Part shown: piece by piece, positions 46,763 to 57,568 of the stretch
Position numbering within the stretch: the first letter of the stretch is position 1
How the letters are laid out: the number at the start of each line of letters is the position of its first letter
Assembly (NCBI GenBank): GCA_040403295.1
Contig: JBBAKY010000002.1
Location: 474-64,473, forward strand
Direction of reading: 5' to 3'
From: Arcicella sp.
GTDB lineage: Bacteria; Bacteroidota; Bacteroidia; Cytophagales; Spirosomataceae
Length of the DNA: 64,000 nt
The notes under the pieces: model-generated
What the model saw: only the letters and a program-made list of their open reading frames with translations
What the model was told of the DNA's origin: nothing
Database searches by the model: none
Program-made: the position numbers and the translations under genes

Positions 46763-49024
46763 ATGAACAAATTTTTCCACATAGCCTCTGTTGTGGCATT
46801 GCTTATTTTACTCGCTTGCGGAAACACCCATGCCCAAGCGAAACTAAAAGCTGCCAATCGTCAGTTTGAAAACCTGAGCTATATTGACGCAATTCGTCTT
46901 TATGAGGAGTTTCTTCGTGATGCAAAAGACCCAGTTCAGCGAGGAGAAGGGCTGAAAAAACTGGCTTATTCCTACCGCAAAATGCAGGATTCTCGTAATG
47001 CAGAACGTGCTTACGCTGACCTTTTACGTGATTATCCAGACATAGAATCGGAGAATTATCTGTATTATGCCCAAGCATTGGCTTCCAATCAGAAATATAA
47101 AGAATCCCAAAAATATTATTCGATTTACGGCGAAAAACAAACGACCGATTTAAGGGCAAGGCGTAATTCCATTGCCTTGATGGATATGGGGCGTTTCTTT
47201 CGTGATTCCTCCTCGTATAAAGTTCAATATCTTTCCATCAACTCACGTCAGGCAGATTTTAGCCCCATGTTTTATAAAGGAGGTTTAGTATTTTGTTCTG
47301 CCAGAGATGAAACAGGAGCAATAAAAAGAGTATTTGGGTGGAATCAAACCCCATTTTTAGATTTATACTTTGTTCAAGATACTGCACAATTAAGTATTCA
47401 TAACGGTTTACAAACGGCCCAAGCCCTTGGCGGTATGTCAGCCAGTAATGCCGATGTAGCGGTTGTTCCAGAAGGTAAATTGACCAAAATTGAAGAGTTT
47501 AGTCGGGTTTTGAATACGAAATATCACGAAGGGCCAATGACATTTTTCAAGGGAGAACAAAAAGTAGTTCTTACCAGAAATAATTATAACAAAGGAAAAG
47601 CCCGAGAATCGAAAGATGGTACCAATCGCTTGAAACTTTACACGGCAGATTTAAAAGGTGATACTTGGGGAAATGTCAAAGAAGTCCCCTTTAATTCGGA
47701 TGAATATTCAACGGGACATCCAGCACTCACGCCCGACAATACAAAAATGTATTTTGTCTCGGATATGCCAGGAGGCTACGGAGGAACCGATTTATACATC
47801 GTAGAATATAACGATGGCAATTGGGGAACACCCGTAAATTTGGGAAAAGAAATCAATACCGAAGGCAATGAAATGTTCCCGTATGTGGATGAAGCGGGTA
47901 ATTTGTATTTCTCATCAGACGGACATGAAGGACTCGGAGGCCTTGACCTTTTTTATGCCGAAATGAAAGAAGGAATTGCCATCAAAGGCGTGACTAATTT
48001 AGGCGCTCCTTTGAATTCAGAAAAAGATGATTTTGGCTTAATTACCGATATGGGACGCAATTCGGGCTTTTTTGCATCTAACCGAAAAAGAGGAATTCAT
48101 GACGATAATATTTACAGTTTCCGAAGAGAATGTCGTCCTTTAAACTTGATTGTTTATGATGCCGCTACCAAAACACCCCTCGAAAACGTGGATATCAGAA
48201 GTGTAATCAATGGAGAAAATCAAGATTTGAAAGTTTCGGGCGTGGATGGTTCGACTTCTATTTGCTTACAGTCAGAATCTGAATATGAATTCAAAGCCAT
48301 CAAAGAAGGCTACCAAATGAATTCAATTACGTACTCGACAAAAAGTAATACGGGGCAACAAACTACCTTAGAAATATATTTAGAGAAATCTAATTCATCC
48401 GTTTTGAAAGGCGTTGTGAAGTCAGAATTGAATCAAAAACCAATTTCAGGAGTACAAGTAACGCTTGAAAATCAGAAAGATAAATCCACCCAAACGGTCG
48501 TAACAGGTCAAGATGGTGGATATGAATTTGAAGTAAAACCCGGTACAGACCACAAATTAACTGCCACTAAAGACAAATATGCCACAAACAACGAAACTAT
48601 CGGAAAGGTTGGTAAAAATCCTACTCAGTACCAAAACGTCCAAGGAATGTACGGTGAAGGTGACATCTTCAAACTGAACAACATTTATTACGATTTAGAT
48701 AAATTTTTCATCCGAAAAGATGCAGCTAAAGAGTTGGATAGAACCGTTTTACCGTTATTGAAAAAGTATCCAGACATGAAAGTTGAGATTCGCTCACATA
48801 CGGATGCCCGTTCAGGCGATAGCTATAATATGCAATTATCCGACAATCGTGCCAGAGCCGTAGTTGATTATTTGACAGCCCGAGGTATTGATGCAAGCCG
48901 TTTAGTATCAAATGGTTACGGAGAAAGCGAGCCAGCCAATGAATGTGTGGATGGTGTGCAATGTAAAGAAAGTCAGCATCAAGAAAACCGCAGAACAGAG
49001 TTTAGAATTCTGTCGGTAAAATAG
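46763..49024 (+). CDS. OmpA-family protein with TPR, PD40 and carboxypeptidase-regulatory-like domains (PorE-like)
   Basis: TPR N-terminus; YHEGP, GHPAL, YFVSDMPGGYGGTDLY, FSSDGH.GLGGLD; NIYYDLDK, SHTDAR, NRRTEF. Confidence 0.92.
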   Translation: MNKFFHIASVVALLILLACGNTHAQAKLKAANRQFENLSYIDAIRLYEEFLRDAKDPVQRGEGLKKLAYSYRKMQDSRNAERAYADLLRDYPDIESENYLYYAQALASNQKYKESQKYYSIYGEKQTTDLRARRNSIALMDMGRFFRDSSSYKVQYLSINSRQADFSPMFYKGGLVFCSARDETGAIKRVFGWNQTPFLDLYFVQDTAQLSIHNGLQTAQALGGMSASNADVAVVPEGKLTKIEEFSRVLNTKYHEGPMTFFKGEQKVVLTRNNYNKGKARESKDGTNRLKLYTADLKGDTWGNVKEVPFNSDEYSTGHPALTPDNTKMYFVSDMPGGYGGTDLYIVEYNDGNWGTPVNLGKEINTEGNEMFPYVDEAGNLYFSSDGHEGLGGLDLFYAEMKEGIAIKGVTNLGAPLNSEKDDFGLITDMGRNSGFFASNRKRGIHDDNIYSFRRECRPLNLIVYDAATKTPLENVDIRSVINGENQDLKVSGVDGSTSICLQSESEYEFKAIKEGYQMNSITYSTKSNTGQQTTLEIYLEKSNSSVLKGVVKSELNQKPISGVQVTLENQKDKSTQTVVTGQDGGYEFEVKPGTDHKLTATKDKYATNNETIGKVGKNPTQYQNVQGMYGEGDIFKLNNIYYDLDKFFIRKDAAKELDRTVLPLLKKYPDMKVEIRSHTDARSGDSYNMQLSDNRARAVVDYLTARGIDASRLVSNGYGESEPANECVDGVQCKESQHQENRRTEFRILSVK

Positions 49025-49127
49025 ATTTTAGAAAATTATTGAACCTCAACATTCAGTAGTTTTAAAGATAATAATGATTAAAAATACTTTTCATTTTTAG
49101 TTTTTTAGGTTAGGTGAATAGTTTTAG

Positions 49128-49156
49128 AAAAAAGCTCCGTTTTGCGGGGCTTTTTT
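49128..49156 (+). terminator. Intrinsic terminator
   Basis: AAAAAAGCTCCG-tttt-GCGGGGCTTTTTT. Confidence 0.75.
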
Positions 49157-49213
49157 GTTTTTGCTTATAAATTTTGCTATTTTGCGTTAAATAACTACAT
49201 AAAATCAAACATT

Positions 49214-49534
49214 ATGACTGGATTAGAAATAAAAGCATTCCAAGCATTGAAAAATCATTTTTCAGATGATGAGGCTACAACAATTGTTGAATACATTGAG
49301 AGTGCAAAGGGTATTTCAGAAGAAAGAGCGAAAAATATCTTCATCACCGAGGATAGGCTTACTACTATTTTTTCTACAAAAAAAGACTTGGCTGATTTAC
49401 GGACAGAAATAAAAACTGATATAGCAGGCTTACGAACTGAAATGGAAAAAGGCTTTAATAATCAAATTAAGTGGATGGTTGGTGTAATGATTGGCACGGC
49501 ATCTTTGGCTATTGCTATCATCAAATTATTATAA
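49214..49534 (+). CDS. Small coiled-coil protein with C-terminal TM (DUF1640/CCDC90-like)
   Basis: STKKDLADLRTEIKTDIAGLRTEM..IKWMVGVM; ATG at 49214. Confidence 0.75.
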   Translation: MTGLEIKAFQALKNHFSDDEATTIVEYIESAKGISEERAKNIFITEDRLTTIFSTKKDLADLRTEIKTDIAGLRTEMEKGFNNQIKWMVGVMIGTASLAIAIIKLL

Positions 49535-49545
49535 AATATGCTGAT

Positions 49546-50217
49546 ATGAATAATATTTCAAAAACTTTTCTGCTCATTTGTTCAATCATTATTTTATTAA
49601 GTTGTGCTTATAAAGATAGCCCAGATTTAAACGATAAAAAATTTGGGTTTTCTTGGAATTCTGAACGTGAGAAAAGAAAAATACCATTGATTGAAAAGAG
49701 TTGGAAAGGCAGTTTTTCACCAATGGAAGATTCTACACAAAGCGTATTTTGGACTCCCGATGATGATGTTTTATTAGAAAATATGATGAAATTTCCTGAA
49801 AAGACGTACCCTCCACAGCATAATCAAAAAGAAATTGTCATTGAAAAAGGTAACAGAGTGAAGGAAGGTGATTTCTACACTAATTTGTTGGGAGAAACTC
49901 ACTATACATTAACCATCTTTTTTACAAATCTTAATAAGTTCGACAGAGATTCCTCGTATGCAGTTTTATTTGAAGACCCAAATGGTAAAATTTTGAAGAA
50001 AATAAATAAACAACAGAGTATTGCTTTTAAAGATAGAACCTTAAAAGATTTTAAAAACCCTAAAATGGCAGCCTATAATAATGCTTTAATGAGTGATATT
50101 TATCAAAAATATGTTGATAAGTTTTTGCCTTTACCTGCTCCCAAAGATTTAACATTAATACAAGCGGATTCAATCTTAAAAAAATGGAAAATTGTACAAG
50201 ATTTACCATTACATTAA
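49546..50217 (+). CDS. Hypothetical lipoprotein
   Basis: MNNISKTFLLICSIIILLSC lipobox; WNSEREKRKIPLI and QADSILKKW motifs. Confidence 0.7.
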   Translation: MNNISKTFLLICSIIILLSCAYKDSPDLNDKKFGFSWNSEREKRKIPLIEKSWKGSFSPMEDSTQSVFWTPDDDVLLENMMKFPEKTYPPQHNQKEIVIEKGNRVKEGDFYTNLLGETHYTLTIFFTNLNKFDRDSSYAVLFEDPNGKILKKINKQQSIAFKDRTLKDFKNPKMAAYNNALMSDIYQKYVDKFLPLPAPKDLTLIQADSILKKWKIVQDLPLH

Positions 50218-50225
50218 ATCAAACA

Positions 50226-50260
50226 AAAAGAGAGACAAAGCCCAGCCTTGTCTCTCTTTT
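50226..50260. terminator. Bidirectional terminator
   Basis: AAAAGAGAGACAA-agcccagcc-TTGTCTCTCTTTT between convergent genes. Confidence 0.8.
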
Positions 50261-50288
50261 TATTTACACCCGATTTCGAAAAATCGGT

Positions 50289-52109
50289 TTACAAACTTAC
50301 CGCAGTACGTTGGATAAATGCTGTTAAATCAGCACCTGTAAGCATATTTTGTGACAATAATGCCAAATCATATACTTGTTTCGCTAATTTCTTTTGCTCC
50401 TCAGCATCCGCTGTTTTCAAGATTTTATCAATCGTTGCATGGTTGGCATTTACTGACACAATGTAGTTATTTGGCATATTCCCAAACATACTCATGCCAC
50501 CTCCGCCACCATTGCGAGACATATCCGCCATACGACGCATAAATTCGTTTTGGGTAATCACCGCTGGTAATTCATCCACTGGCATTGCTTCCAAATTTAC
50601 CACCTTCGTTGTGTCATTTATTACCGTGTCAAAAATCTTTTTCACCGTTTCTTTATCCGTTTCTGAAAGCACTGATTCTAAGGCAATTCCTTTGTCAATC
50701 AATTTCTCAACGGTATCAGCATCCACACGTTTTAAATTAGTTTTCACCAATTTTTGCTCCAACATATTGATAAAATGACTGTCCAAAACCGTATCTAATT
50801 TCAAGACATCATAACCACGTTTCTTGGCCGATTGAATAAAACCGTCTTGCCCTTTCACGTCGTTTGTATAAAGATACGTTACATTTTCGTCCTTATCCGT
50901 CTGATTCGCTTGCACAGATTCAGCGTATTCATTCAACGTAAAATACTTTCCGTCAACGTTTTGCAATAAACAATAATCTTTAGCACGTTCATAGAATTTA
51001 TCATCCGAAATCATACCGTATTTGACAAAAATACCGATATTTTCAAATTTCGCCTCAAATCCTTCACGGTCTGTTTTGAATAAATCACCTAATTTATCCG
51101 CCACTTTTTTCGTGATGTACGAATTAATTTTCTTCACATTGCCATCCGCTTGCAAGAAACTACGAGAAACGTTTAATGGAATATCTGGCGAATCAATTAC
51201 GCCGTGCAACAACATCAAGAACTCAGGTACCACGTCTTTTACTTCGTCCGTAATAAAAACTTGGCGACTGTATAATTGTATTTTTTCACGTTGAAGCTGT
51301 AATTCATTTTTCACTTTCGGGAAGTATAAAATCCCCGTTAAGTTAAATGGATAATCAACATTTAAGTGAATCCAGAATAATGGTTTTTCAGAATATGGAT
51401 ATAATTCTTCGTAGAATTTCAAATAATCTTCGTCCGTTAAATCAGCAGGTGATATTGTCCAGATTGGCGCCGGATTATTGATAATTTTATCCATAAATTC
51501 AATCTCAATCGGAAGGAATTTACAGTATTTATCCAAAACCTGCTTGATTCTGAACTCTTCCAAGAATTCCAAAGAGTCTTCCGCAATGTGCAGAATCATA
51601 TCAGAACCACGACCTTCACGAGTAGCCTCGGTGATTTCAAATTCCGTTGAACCATCACAAGTCCATTTAACGGCATCGGTATTTTCTTGGTAAGATTGTG
51701 AAATAATATCCACTCTCTCCGCTACCATAAAAGCCGAATAAAAGCCTAAACCAAAGTGTCCAATAATGGCTTTTTCATCGCCTTTATCTTTGTACTTTTC
51801 CACGAATTCAGTCGCTCCCGAAAACGCAATTTGGTTGATATATTTCTTAATTTCCTCGGCCGTCATACCCAATCCATTATCTGAAATGGTAATCGTTTTA
51901 GCTTCTTTATCGAAAGAAACTTTCACTTTCAATTCGCCCAACTCACCCGCATATTCACCAATAGCAGCCAAACGCTTGATTTTTTGCGAAGCATCCACAG
52001 CGTTTGAAACTAACTCACGAAGGAAAATCTCGTGGTCGGAATAAAGGAATTTCTTAATAATTGGAAAAATATTCTCGGTATGAATCGAGATATTGCCTTT
52101 CTCTTGCAT
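50289..52109 (-). CDS. htpG: Molecular chaperone HtpG (Hsp90)
   Basis: ENIFPIIKKFLYSDHEIFLRELVSNAVDA, DNGLGM, IGHFGLGFYSAFMVA, PLNVSRS; start at MQEKG (52109) or MTMQ (52115). Confidence 0.97.
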   Translation of the reverse strand: MQEKGNISIHTENIFPIIKKFLYSDHEIFLRELVSNAVDASQKIKRLAAIGEYAGELGELKVKVSFDKEAKTITISDNGLGMTAEEIKKYINQIAFSGATEFVEKYKDKGDEKAIIGHFGLGFYSAFMVAERVDIISQSYQENTDAVKWTCDGSTEFEITEATREGRGSDMILHIAEDSLEFLEEFRIKQVLDKYCKFLPIEIEFMDKIINNPAPIWTISPADLTDEDYLKFYEELYPYSEKPLFWIHLNVDYPFNLTGILYFPKVKNELQLQREKIQLYSRQVFITDEVKDVVPEFLMLLHGVIDSPDIPLNVSRSFLQADGNVKKINSYITKKVADKLGDLFKTDREGFEAKFENIGIFVKYGMISDDKFYERAKDYCLLQNVDGKYFTLNEYAESVQANQTDKDENVTYLYTNDVKGQDGFIQSAKKRGYDVLKLDTVLDSHFINMLEQKLVKTNLKRVDADTVEKLIDKGIALESVLSETDKETVKKIFDTVINDTTKVVNLEAMPVDELPAVITQNEFMRRMADMSRNGGGGGMSMFGNMPNNYIVSVNANHATIDKILKTADAEEQKKLAKQVYDLALLSQNMLTGADLTAFIQRTAVSL

Positions 52110-52232
52110 AGTCATTTTGTCACTTTTTAGATGAATAATACTCAAATATTGATGTTGTACAGGTTTGCAAAAAGAATTCCAAAGGGACTTTGTAGGACAA
52201 ATTGGCAGAGATGATATTTTGCTCGACATCTT

Positions 52233-52311
52233 ATGGAATACGGATTTAAAGGATTAGACACAGATAAACTTTAGATAAATCCGTGTCTAATCTATTAAAT
52301 CCATATTCCAT
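52233..52311. repeat. Imperfect palindrome of the same type as 10256-10433
   Basis: ATGGAATACGGATTTAAAGGATTAGACACAGAT ... ATCCGTGTCTAATCTATTAAATCCATATTCCAT. Confidence 0.75.
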
Positions 52312-52413
52312 CAAATCCTGTAAGAAAACTTTGTGAACCTTTCTGTCTAATTTAAACCTTAAAATTTCTAAATTGCGAATAATTACGAAATCGAAATCAT
52401 TTAAAATTATATA

Positions 52414-53181
52414 ATGAAAATTTCAACCAATTCAAAAAAGGACGTATATACCCACATTACCATCATTATTTTATTGTTGTTGGTGCTATTTTTTGGCTTC
52501 TTCTTCCTTTATTTACCTTGGAGTACCAACCACGGAGAAGCGATTACGGTACCTAATTTAAAAGGCTTGTCGATGGAAGAAGCCGAAGACCTTCTGGACG
52601 ACAGAAATCTCGATTTTGAGGTAACCGATAGCACTTTTACCCTTGGAATTAAACCGTTAACGGTACTTTCGCAATATCCTTTAGAAAATTCAAAAGTGAA
52701 GCAAGGTCGGAAGATTTATTTAACGATAAATACCGAAACGGCCCCTATGATAAAACTGCCTAAATTGACCGAAATGTCGGTTAGAAGTGCTGAACAACAA
52801 TTATTGGTTTCGGGTCTATTGAAACCAGATTTAGAATATCAAAATGACATTCGTGAAAATGAAGTATTAGAAGTTAAATATCAAGGTACGAAAATGGAGG
52901 CTGGTACGTTAATTGCAAAAGGTTCAAAGATTACGCTCGTAATTGGAAACGGAACGGGCAATGTAGAAATAGATGTGCCATGTGTGGAAGGCAAAGGCTT
53001 TGACGAAGCTCAGATAATCATTAAAGGTTCGGGTTTGCAAATCGGAACGATAATTTATGACCCCGCTTCTACCGAACCCGCAGGAACCGTTTTCCGACAA
53101 AATCCAGCGTGTAGTGAAGGAGGAAAAATTCGTTCGGGCGAAATGATTGATATTTGGGTAGCGGGCGAACAACCAAATTGA
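52414..53181 (+). CDS. PASTA domain-containing membrane protein
   Basis: N-terminal TM, TNHGEAITVPNLKG, three PASTA repeats (VLSQYP, LPKL, VPCVEG..Q.P). Confidence 0.9.
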   Translation: MKISTNSKKDVYTHITIIILLLLVLFFGFFFLYLPWSTNHGEAITVPNLKGLSMEEAEDLLDDRNLDFEVTDSTFTLGIKPLTVLSQYPLENSKVKQGRKIYLTINTETAPMIKLPKLTEMSVRSAEQQLLVSGLLKPDLEYQNDIRENEVLEVKYQGTKMEAGTLIAKGSKITLVIGNGTGNVEIDVPCVEGKGFDEAQIIIKGSGLQIGTIIYDPASTEPAGTVFRQNPACSEGGKIRSGEMIDIWVAGEQPN

Positions 53182-53260
53182 GGTACTAAGTTCTGTATTC
53201 TTAGTACTGAGTTTATCAAAACTTAATAATGAGAATACAGAATTTATATAGAAAATAACA

Positions 53261-55174
53261 ATGAACAGATTTACCAAAAACTTCCTTTTTCTGGCTCTAC
53301 TCCTTTCAATATTCTGTCGGGTTTCATTCGCTCAATTTCAAATAATTCCTTTAAAAAGTACAGAAAAACTCAAACCTTCTTCTGCTAAAATAACGGCATT
53401 AGGCTTGCCTTTTTTTGATGATTTTTCCACTTCTATCAATCGCCAAGACCTTTCAAAATGGCAAAAAGATGGTGGCGTTTTTATCAATAATACTTTCACC
53501 AATAATCATCCAACGCTTAATATAGCCACTTTTGATGGACTTAAAGCCGATGGAACACCCTACGATTTCGTCAATCCTCTTTCTGAAGGACCAACCGATA
53601 CGTTAACTTCTTTACCCATAAATTTATCAGGAAAAACCCTCGCTGATTCCCTTTATCTGAGCTTTTTTTATCGTGGACAAGGACTTGGTGACAAACCCGA
53701 ATTAAGAGATTCTTTGCGATTACAATTTTTAACCAATGGTAATATTTGGCGAACCGTTTGGATAGATTCTGCTACAACCGTTTCGGATAAATTTGTGCAG
53801 GCTTTTATTCCAATTCGGGCAAACCTTTATTTCCATACAGGATTTCAATTTCGTTTTCAATCCTTTGGCCGACAGTCGGGACAATTTGATGTTTGGCATT
53901 TGGATTATGTATATTTGGATGGAATAAAAAACGTGTTGAAAAGTGGGGAAATATTAAGAAATAGAAGTGATAAAAATCCGCTAACAAAGGAAGTTACCGC
54001 CATTTATACCCGTGATTATGCCACTCGAAATCCGACGACAAGTCTCTTGAAAAATTACTCTGCAATGCCAATGAGGCAATTTTTAGCAAAGCCCGAGAAT
54101 GAATTAGCAGACAGTGTTAAAAGCGATATCAGCAATCTTTTCAACAATGATTTGCTACTTTATCCAAATTATTCGGTTAAAAATTTAGTGAATGATTTAA
54201 CCATTCAAAAAAAGGATTCAATCGCTACTTTTGTCCCAAGAAAATCATTTGCAACCTTACAAGTTAAAAATTTATTGGACATTAATTTGTTAAAAAGAGA
54301 TACCACAAAGGCATATTTGAAAGTAAAATTTGATGTAAAATCGGGCGATGCGGCTATTTTTACGGTCAATGATACCATCAGTAGATACGTTGATTTGAAT
54401 AATTATTACGCCTACGATGACGGAACGGCGGAACAAGCGGCAGAAATCAAAAAAGGCTTTGGACGAGTGGCGGTACAATATATTGTCAACAAACCTGATG
54501 CAGTTTCTGCCATTAGAATTAACTTACAACCTACCGTTAAGAACATTGCAAAACAGCGGTTGACTTTTCAAATATTAGCAAATGATAAAGGCAAAATTGG
54601 TAGAATTTTAAAGACTATTTCGGATACTGCGAATGTAGTTAAATATTCAACTACGCCAAATTCGTTTGTAGAATACAAAATTGACCCTGTTGCGGTTAGG
54701 GACACATTTTACGTAGGCTTTATTCAATTTACGGATGATGAGCCTCTTGCCATTGGTTTGGATGCTAATACCCCACAATTTGCGAATAAACATTATTACA
54801 ACATCAGCAACGAATGGATACAAGTTCCAAAGGCGGATGCTCCACAGATTAGTAGTACCTTCATTCCGATTAAAGGCAGTTTGATGATTCGGCCAGTGAT
54901 GTTGGGGAAGACAATTCCCTTAAAACCGCTGGCAACGGAAGAGGAAATTCAAGATAAAAACTTAGTAATTTCGCCTAATCCATCCACTGGCATTTTTAGA
55001 TGGAACGATATAAGTTTGAAAAATGTGGATGTGTATGATGTATCAGGAAGAATTATTTTTCAAGAACGTACTGACAATCAGGAAGTTAATCTTCAAAATT
55101 TACAGACCGGTATTTATTTTTTGCGACTTTCAAATGAAAAAAATACCTTTGTTCGGAAGATTATAAAAGAATAG
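53261..55174 (+). CDS. T9SS type A sorting domain protein
   Basis: LPFFDDFS, ATFDGL, DTLTSLPI, FQFRFQS, WHLDY, YYAYDDGTAE, GSLMIRPV; CTD ISPNPSTG...GIYFLRL. Confidence 0.9.
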   Translation: MNRFTKNFLFLALLLSIFCRVSFAQFQIIPLKSTEKLKPSSAKITALGLPFFDDFSTSINRQDLSKWQKDGGVFINNTFTNNHPTLNIATFDGLKADGTPYDFVNPLSEGPTDTLTSLPINLSGKTLADSLYLSFFYRGQGLGDKPELRDSLRLQFLTNGNIWRTVWIDSATTVSDKFVQAFIPIRANLYFHTGFQFRFQSFGRQSGQFDVWHLDYVYLDGIKNVLKSGEILRNRSDKNPLTKEVTAIYTRDYATRNPTTSLLKNYSAMPMRQFLAKPENELADSVKSDISNLFNNDLLLYPNYSVKNLVNDLTIQKKDSIATFVPRKSFATLQVKNLLDINLLKRDTTKAYLKVKFDVKSGDAAIFTVNDTISRYVDLNNYYAYDDGTAEQAAEIKKGFGRVAVQYIVNKPDAVSAIRINLQPTVKNIAKQRLTFQILANDKGKIGRILKTISDTANVVKYSTTPNSFVEYKIDPVAVRDTFYVGFIQFTDDEPLAIGLDANTPQFANKHYYNISNEWIQVPKADAPQISSTFIPIKGSLMIRPVMLGKTIPLKPLATEEEIQDKNLVISPNPSTGIFRWNDISLKNVDVYDVSGRIIFQERTDNQEVNLQNLQTGIYFLRLSNEKNTFVRKIIKE

Positions 55175-55289
55175 AAATATGCGCTTTGAGCGATGAGCAA
55201 AGCGCTATTCCAAAATTGTAATATATTTCAATAACTAAGCTGTATCATTTAGCTCAATGCTGATGGCTCACAGCTCAAAGCTAAATAAA

Positions 55290-55586
55290 ATGGATATAAC
55301 GGTAGAAGAATTAAAAGAAAGACTCGACAAAGGTGAAGACCTGAATTTCCTCGATGTGCGTGAGGATTATGAGTATGAAGAACAAAATCTTGGCGCAAAA
55401 TTGATTCCTTTGGGTGAATTACCCGATAGAATTGAGGAAATTGAAGATTGGAAAAATAGCGAAGTAATTGTGCATTGCCGTTCGGGTGCAAGATCGGGAA
55501 GAGCAAAATCATTCATGGAATCGCAAGGATTTACCAATGTTCGCAATGTAACTGGCGGAATTTTGGCCTATAACGCATTGGATTAA
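55290..55586 (+). CDS. Rhodanese-like domain protein
   Basis: MDITVEELKERL, LDVRE, VHCRSGARS, NVTGGILA. Confidence 0.92.
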   Translation: MDITVEELKERLDKGEDLNFLDVREDYEYEEQNLGAKLIPLGELPDRIEEIEDWKNSEVIVHCRSGARSGRAKSFMESQGFTNVRNVTGGILAYNALD

Positions 55587-55606
55587 ATTATACTAACAAA
55601 AGATAG

Positions 55607-55640
55607 AAAGCCTGTAAAATACAATTTTACAGGCTTTTTT
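55607..55640 (+). terminator. Intrinsic terminator
   Basis: AAAGCCTGTAAAAT-aca-ATTTTACAGGCTTT then Ts. Confidence 0.75.
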
Positions 55641-55656
55641 GATAAAGAAGAAAAAC

Positions 55657-56829
55657 ATGAACTTCAAAAAACTTAGCATCTCTCCCACCCAATCCATCCA
55701 AAATGCAGGATACGATTGGCTTTTAGGCGAAAATACGCTTCCATACGTCACCAACGAAATGATTGAAGTTTCTGAAAAAGAAGCCGAAAATTATTACGAA
55801 GCCGCCAAACAGTTATACGAAATGTTCATCGAAGCGGCGCAATACGTAATTGATAACGAACAATTTACCGCTTTAGGAATTCCTGAAAATTTGATAGAAA
55901 TGGTTAAATATTCATGGGAAAATGATAAAAATTGGCATCTCTACGGTCGTTTTGATTTGTCGGGTGGCTTGGACGGAAAACCCATTAAACTCATTGAATT
56001 CAATGCCGATACCGCCACTTGCATTCCCGAAACCGCAACCGTACAATGGGCATCTTTGAAGGCAAATGGCTTGGATGAAAGTTTACAATTTAATACTCTT
56101 TTTGAGTCATTGGTCAGTCAATTTAACGAACTCAAAAAGCAAAATCCAGCATTTGAACCAACACTTTTGATTTCGACGATGGAAGGTTATCCAGAAGACG
56201 ATACCAATATGCAAATTTTGGGCGAAGCCGCCGAAGAAGCAGGTTTTGAAGTAACTTTTGAACACATAGAAAACGTCGAATTTTCGGTAGAACAAGGCAT
56301 TTTTCAGCAAAATGAAGATGGAAATTTTACGAAATATGATTATTGGTTTAAGCTCGTTCCTTGGGAATATATCGGTTGGGACGAACCCGAATTAGCAAAA
56401 ATCTTAACGGACATCGTGAAGCACAAAAAAGCCCTTGTGATGAATCCAGCCTATACTTTGTTGTTTCAATCGAAAGGAATTTTGAAGGTTTTATGGGATT
56501 TATTTCCGAATCATCCACTTTTATTGGAGACCGACAACCAACAATTGGTCAATAAATCTTGCGTAGAAAAAGTATTATTCGGACGAGAAGGAGCAAATGT
56601 AAAAATCCTTTCGCCCATAGGCATAACGCTCGAAAAAACGGAAGGAGATTATTTTGAGCAAAAGGTTATTTACCAAGAATACACCGAATTTTTGAAAGAC
56701 AATGCGGGCAAATATTACCAAGCAGGCGTATTTTTTGCGGGCGAAGGCGCTGGTTTGGGTTTTAGATGTGGCGGAAAAATTATTGATAATAAAGCACAGT
56801 TTTGTGGGCATTTGGTGGTGGAAAATTAA
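55657..56829 (+). CDS. Glutathionylspermidine synthase-like ATP-grasp protein (YgiC/YjfC type)
   Basis: HLYGRFDL, KLIEFNADT, FKLVPWE, NPAYTLLFQSK, LFPNHPLLL, FGREGANV, GLGFR. Confidence 0.92.
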   Translation: MNFKKLSISPTQSIQNAGYDWLLGENTLPYVTNEMIEVSEKEAENYYEAAKQLYEMFIEAAQYVIDNEQFTALGIPENLIEMVKYSWENDKNWHLYGRFDLSGGLDGKPIKLIEFNADTATCIPETATVQWASLKANGLDESLQFNTLFESLVSQFNELKKQNPAFEPTLLISTMEGYPEDDTNMQILGEAAEEAGFEVTFEHIENVEFSVEQGIFQQNEDGNFTKYDYWFKLVPWEYIGWDEPELAKILTDIVKHKKALVMNPAYTLLFQSKGILKVLWDLFPNHPLLLETDNQQLVNKSCVEKVLFGREGANVKILSPIGITLEKTEGDYFEQKVIYQEYTEFLKDNAGKYYQAGVFFAGEGAGLGFRCGGKIIDNKAQFCGHLVVEN

Positions 56830-57479
56830 AATTTCCACCCAAAAAAACCATCAAAATTCACCTTCATTTGCGTTTTCAATTCCTCCAAATCAATATTTTT
56901 AATTTCAGCCATAAGTTGATAACGCTCCATAATTGTTAGCGAATATTCACTATCAGTTTCGAGAAAATAATGGTCGGCGGGAAGAAATTGGAGCATTTCC
57001 ACAAAACTGTCGTTCATTTGTCGCAAAGGACTCACGGAAAGCATAATTCCTTGGTCAATCAATGATTTTGCCAATTGCTGGTTCCTCCGAAAACCGTGAA
57101 TTACCCAAGGCGTTTTTCCGTATTTTTTCTTAAAATTTAACACTTGGTCGTATTGCCTCACGCAATGCACAATCACAGGAACGTTGTTTTTATTGGCAAG
57201 CATAATGTGCTGATAAAAAACTTCCTCCTGTATTTCCTTGGTTGCCCCTTTCAATTTATCAAGCCCACATTCACCAATTCCTAAGCAATATTTATCGGAT
57301 AAAAGTGTTTCCATATTCTGCAAATCTGCTTCAGAAAGTACGTCATTTGTCCACCAAGGATGATGTCCAACTGTGAAATATTCGCCTTCATATTTTACGG
57401 TTTTGTGCATAGAAATAACTTCCAAAACATTCGAATCGGTAGGGTAAAGATGTTTATGCGTATGAAAATCTATGTACAT
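56826..57479 (-). CDS. TatD family hydrolase
   Basis: IDFHTH, GHHPW, IGECGLDK, VHCVR, IHGF, FLETD. Confidence 0.92.
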   Translation of the reverse strand: MYIDFHTHKHLYPTDSNVLEVISMHKTVKYEGEYFTVGHHPWWTNDVLSEADLQNMETLLSDKYCLGIGECGLDKLKGATKEIQEEVFYQHIMLANKNNVPVIVHCVRQYDQVLNFKKKYGKTPWVIHGFRRNQQLAKSLIDQGIMLSVSPLRQMNDSFVEMLQFLPADHYFLETDSEYSLTIMERYQLMAEIKNIDLEELKTQMKVNFDGFFGWKF

Positions 57480-57568
57480 TTTGAGGTTTTAAGGATTGAG
57501 TCCATTCTTGAACGAATAACCTTTTTTGCTTGTTTAAAGTTTATCCTAAAATCAAATAATTCAACAAA

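Noticed and set aside
52110-52229. Long N-terminal extension of HtpG in the ORF track, and similar extensions at 13818, 17608, 24508, 37260, 49142, 49471, 55257 and 60564
   Set aside because: The extensions run through promoter, terminator or repeat DNA; downstream ATGs match the family N-termini.
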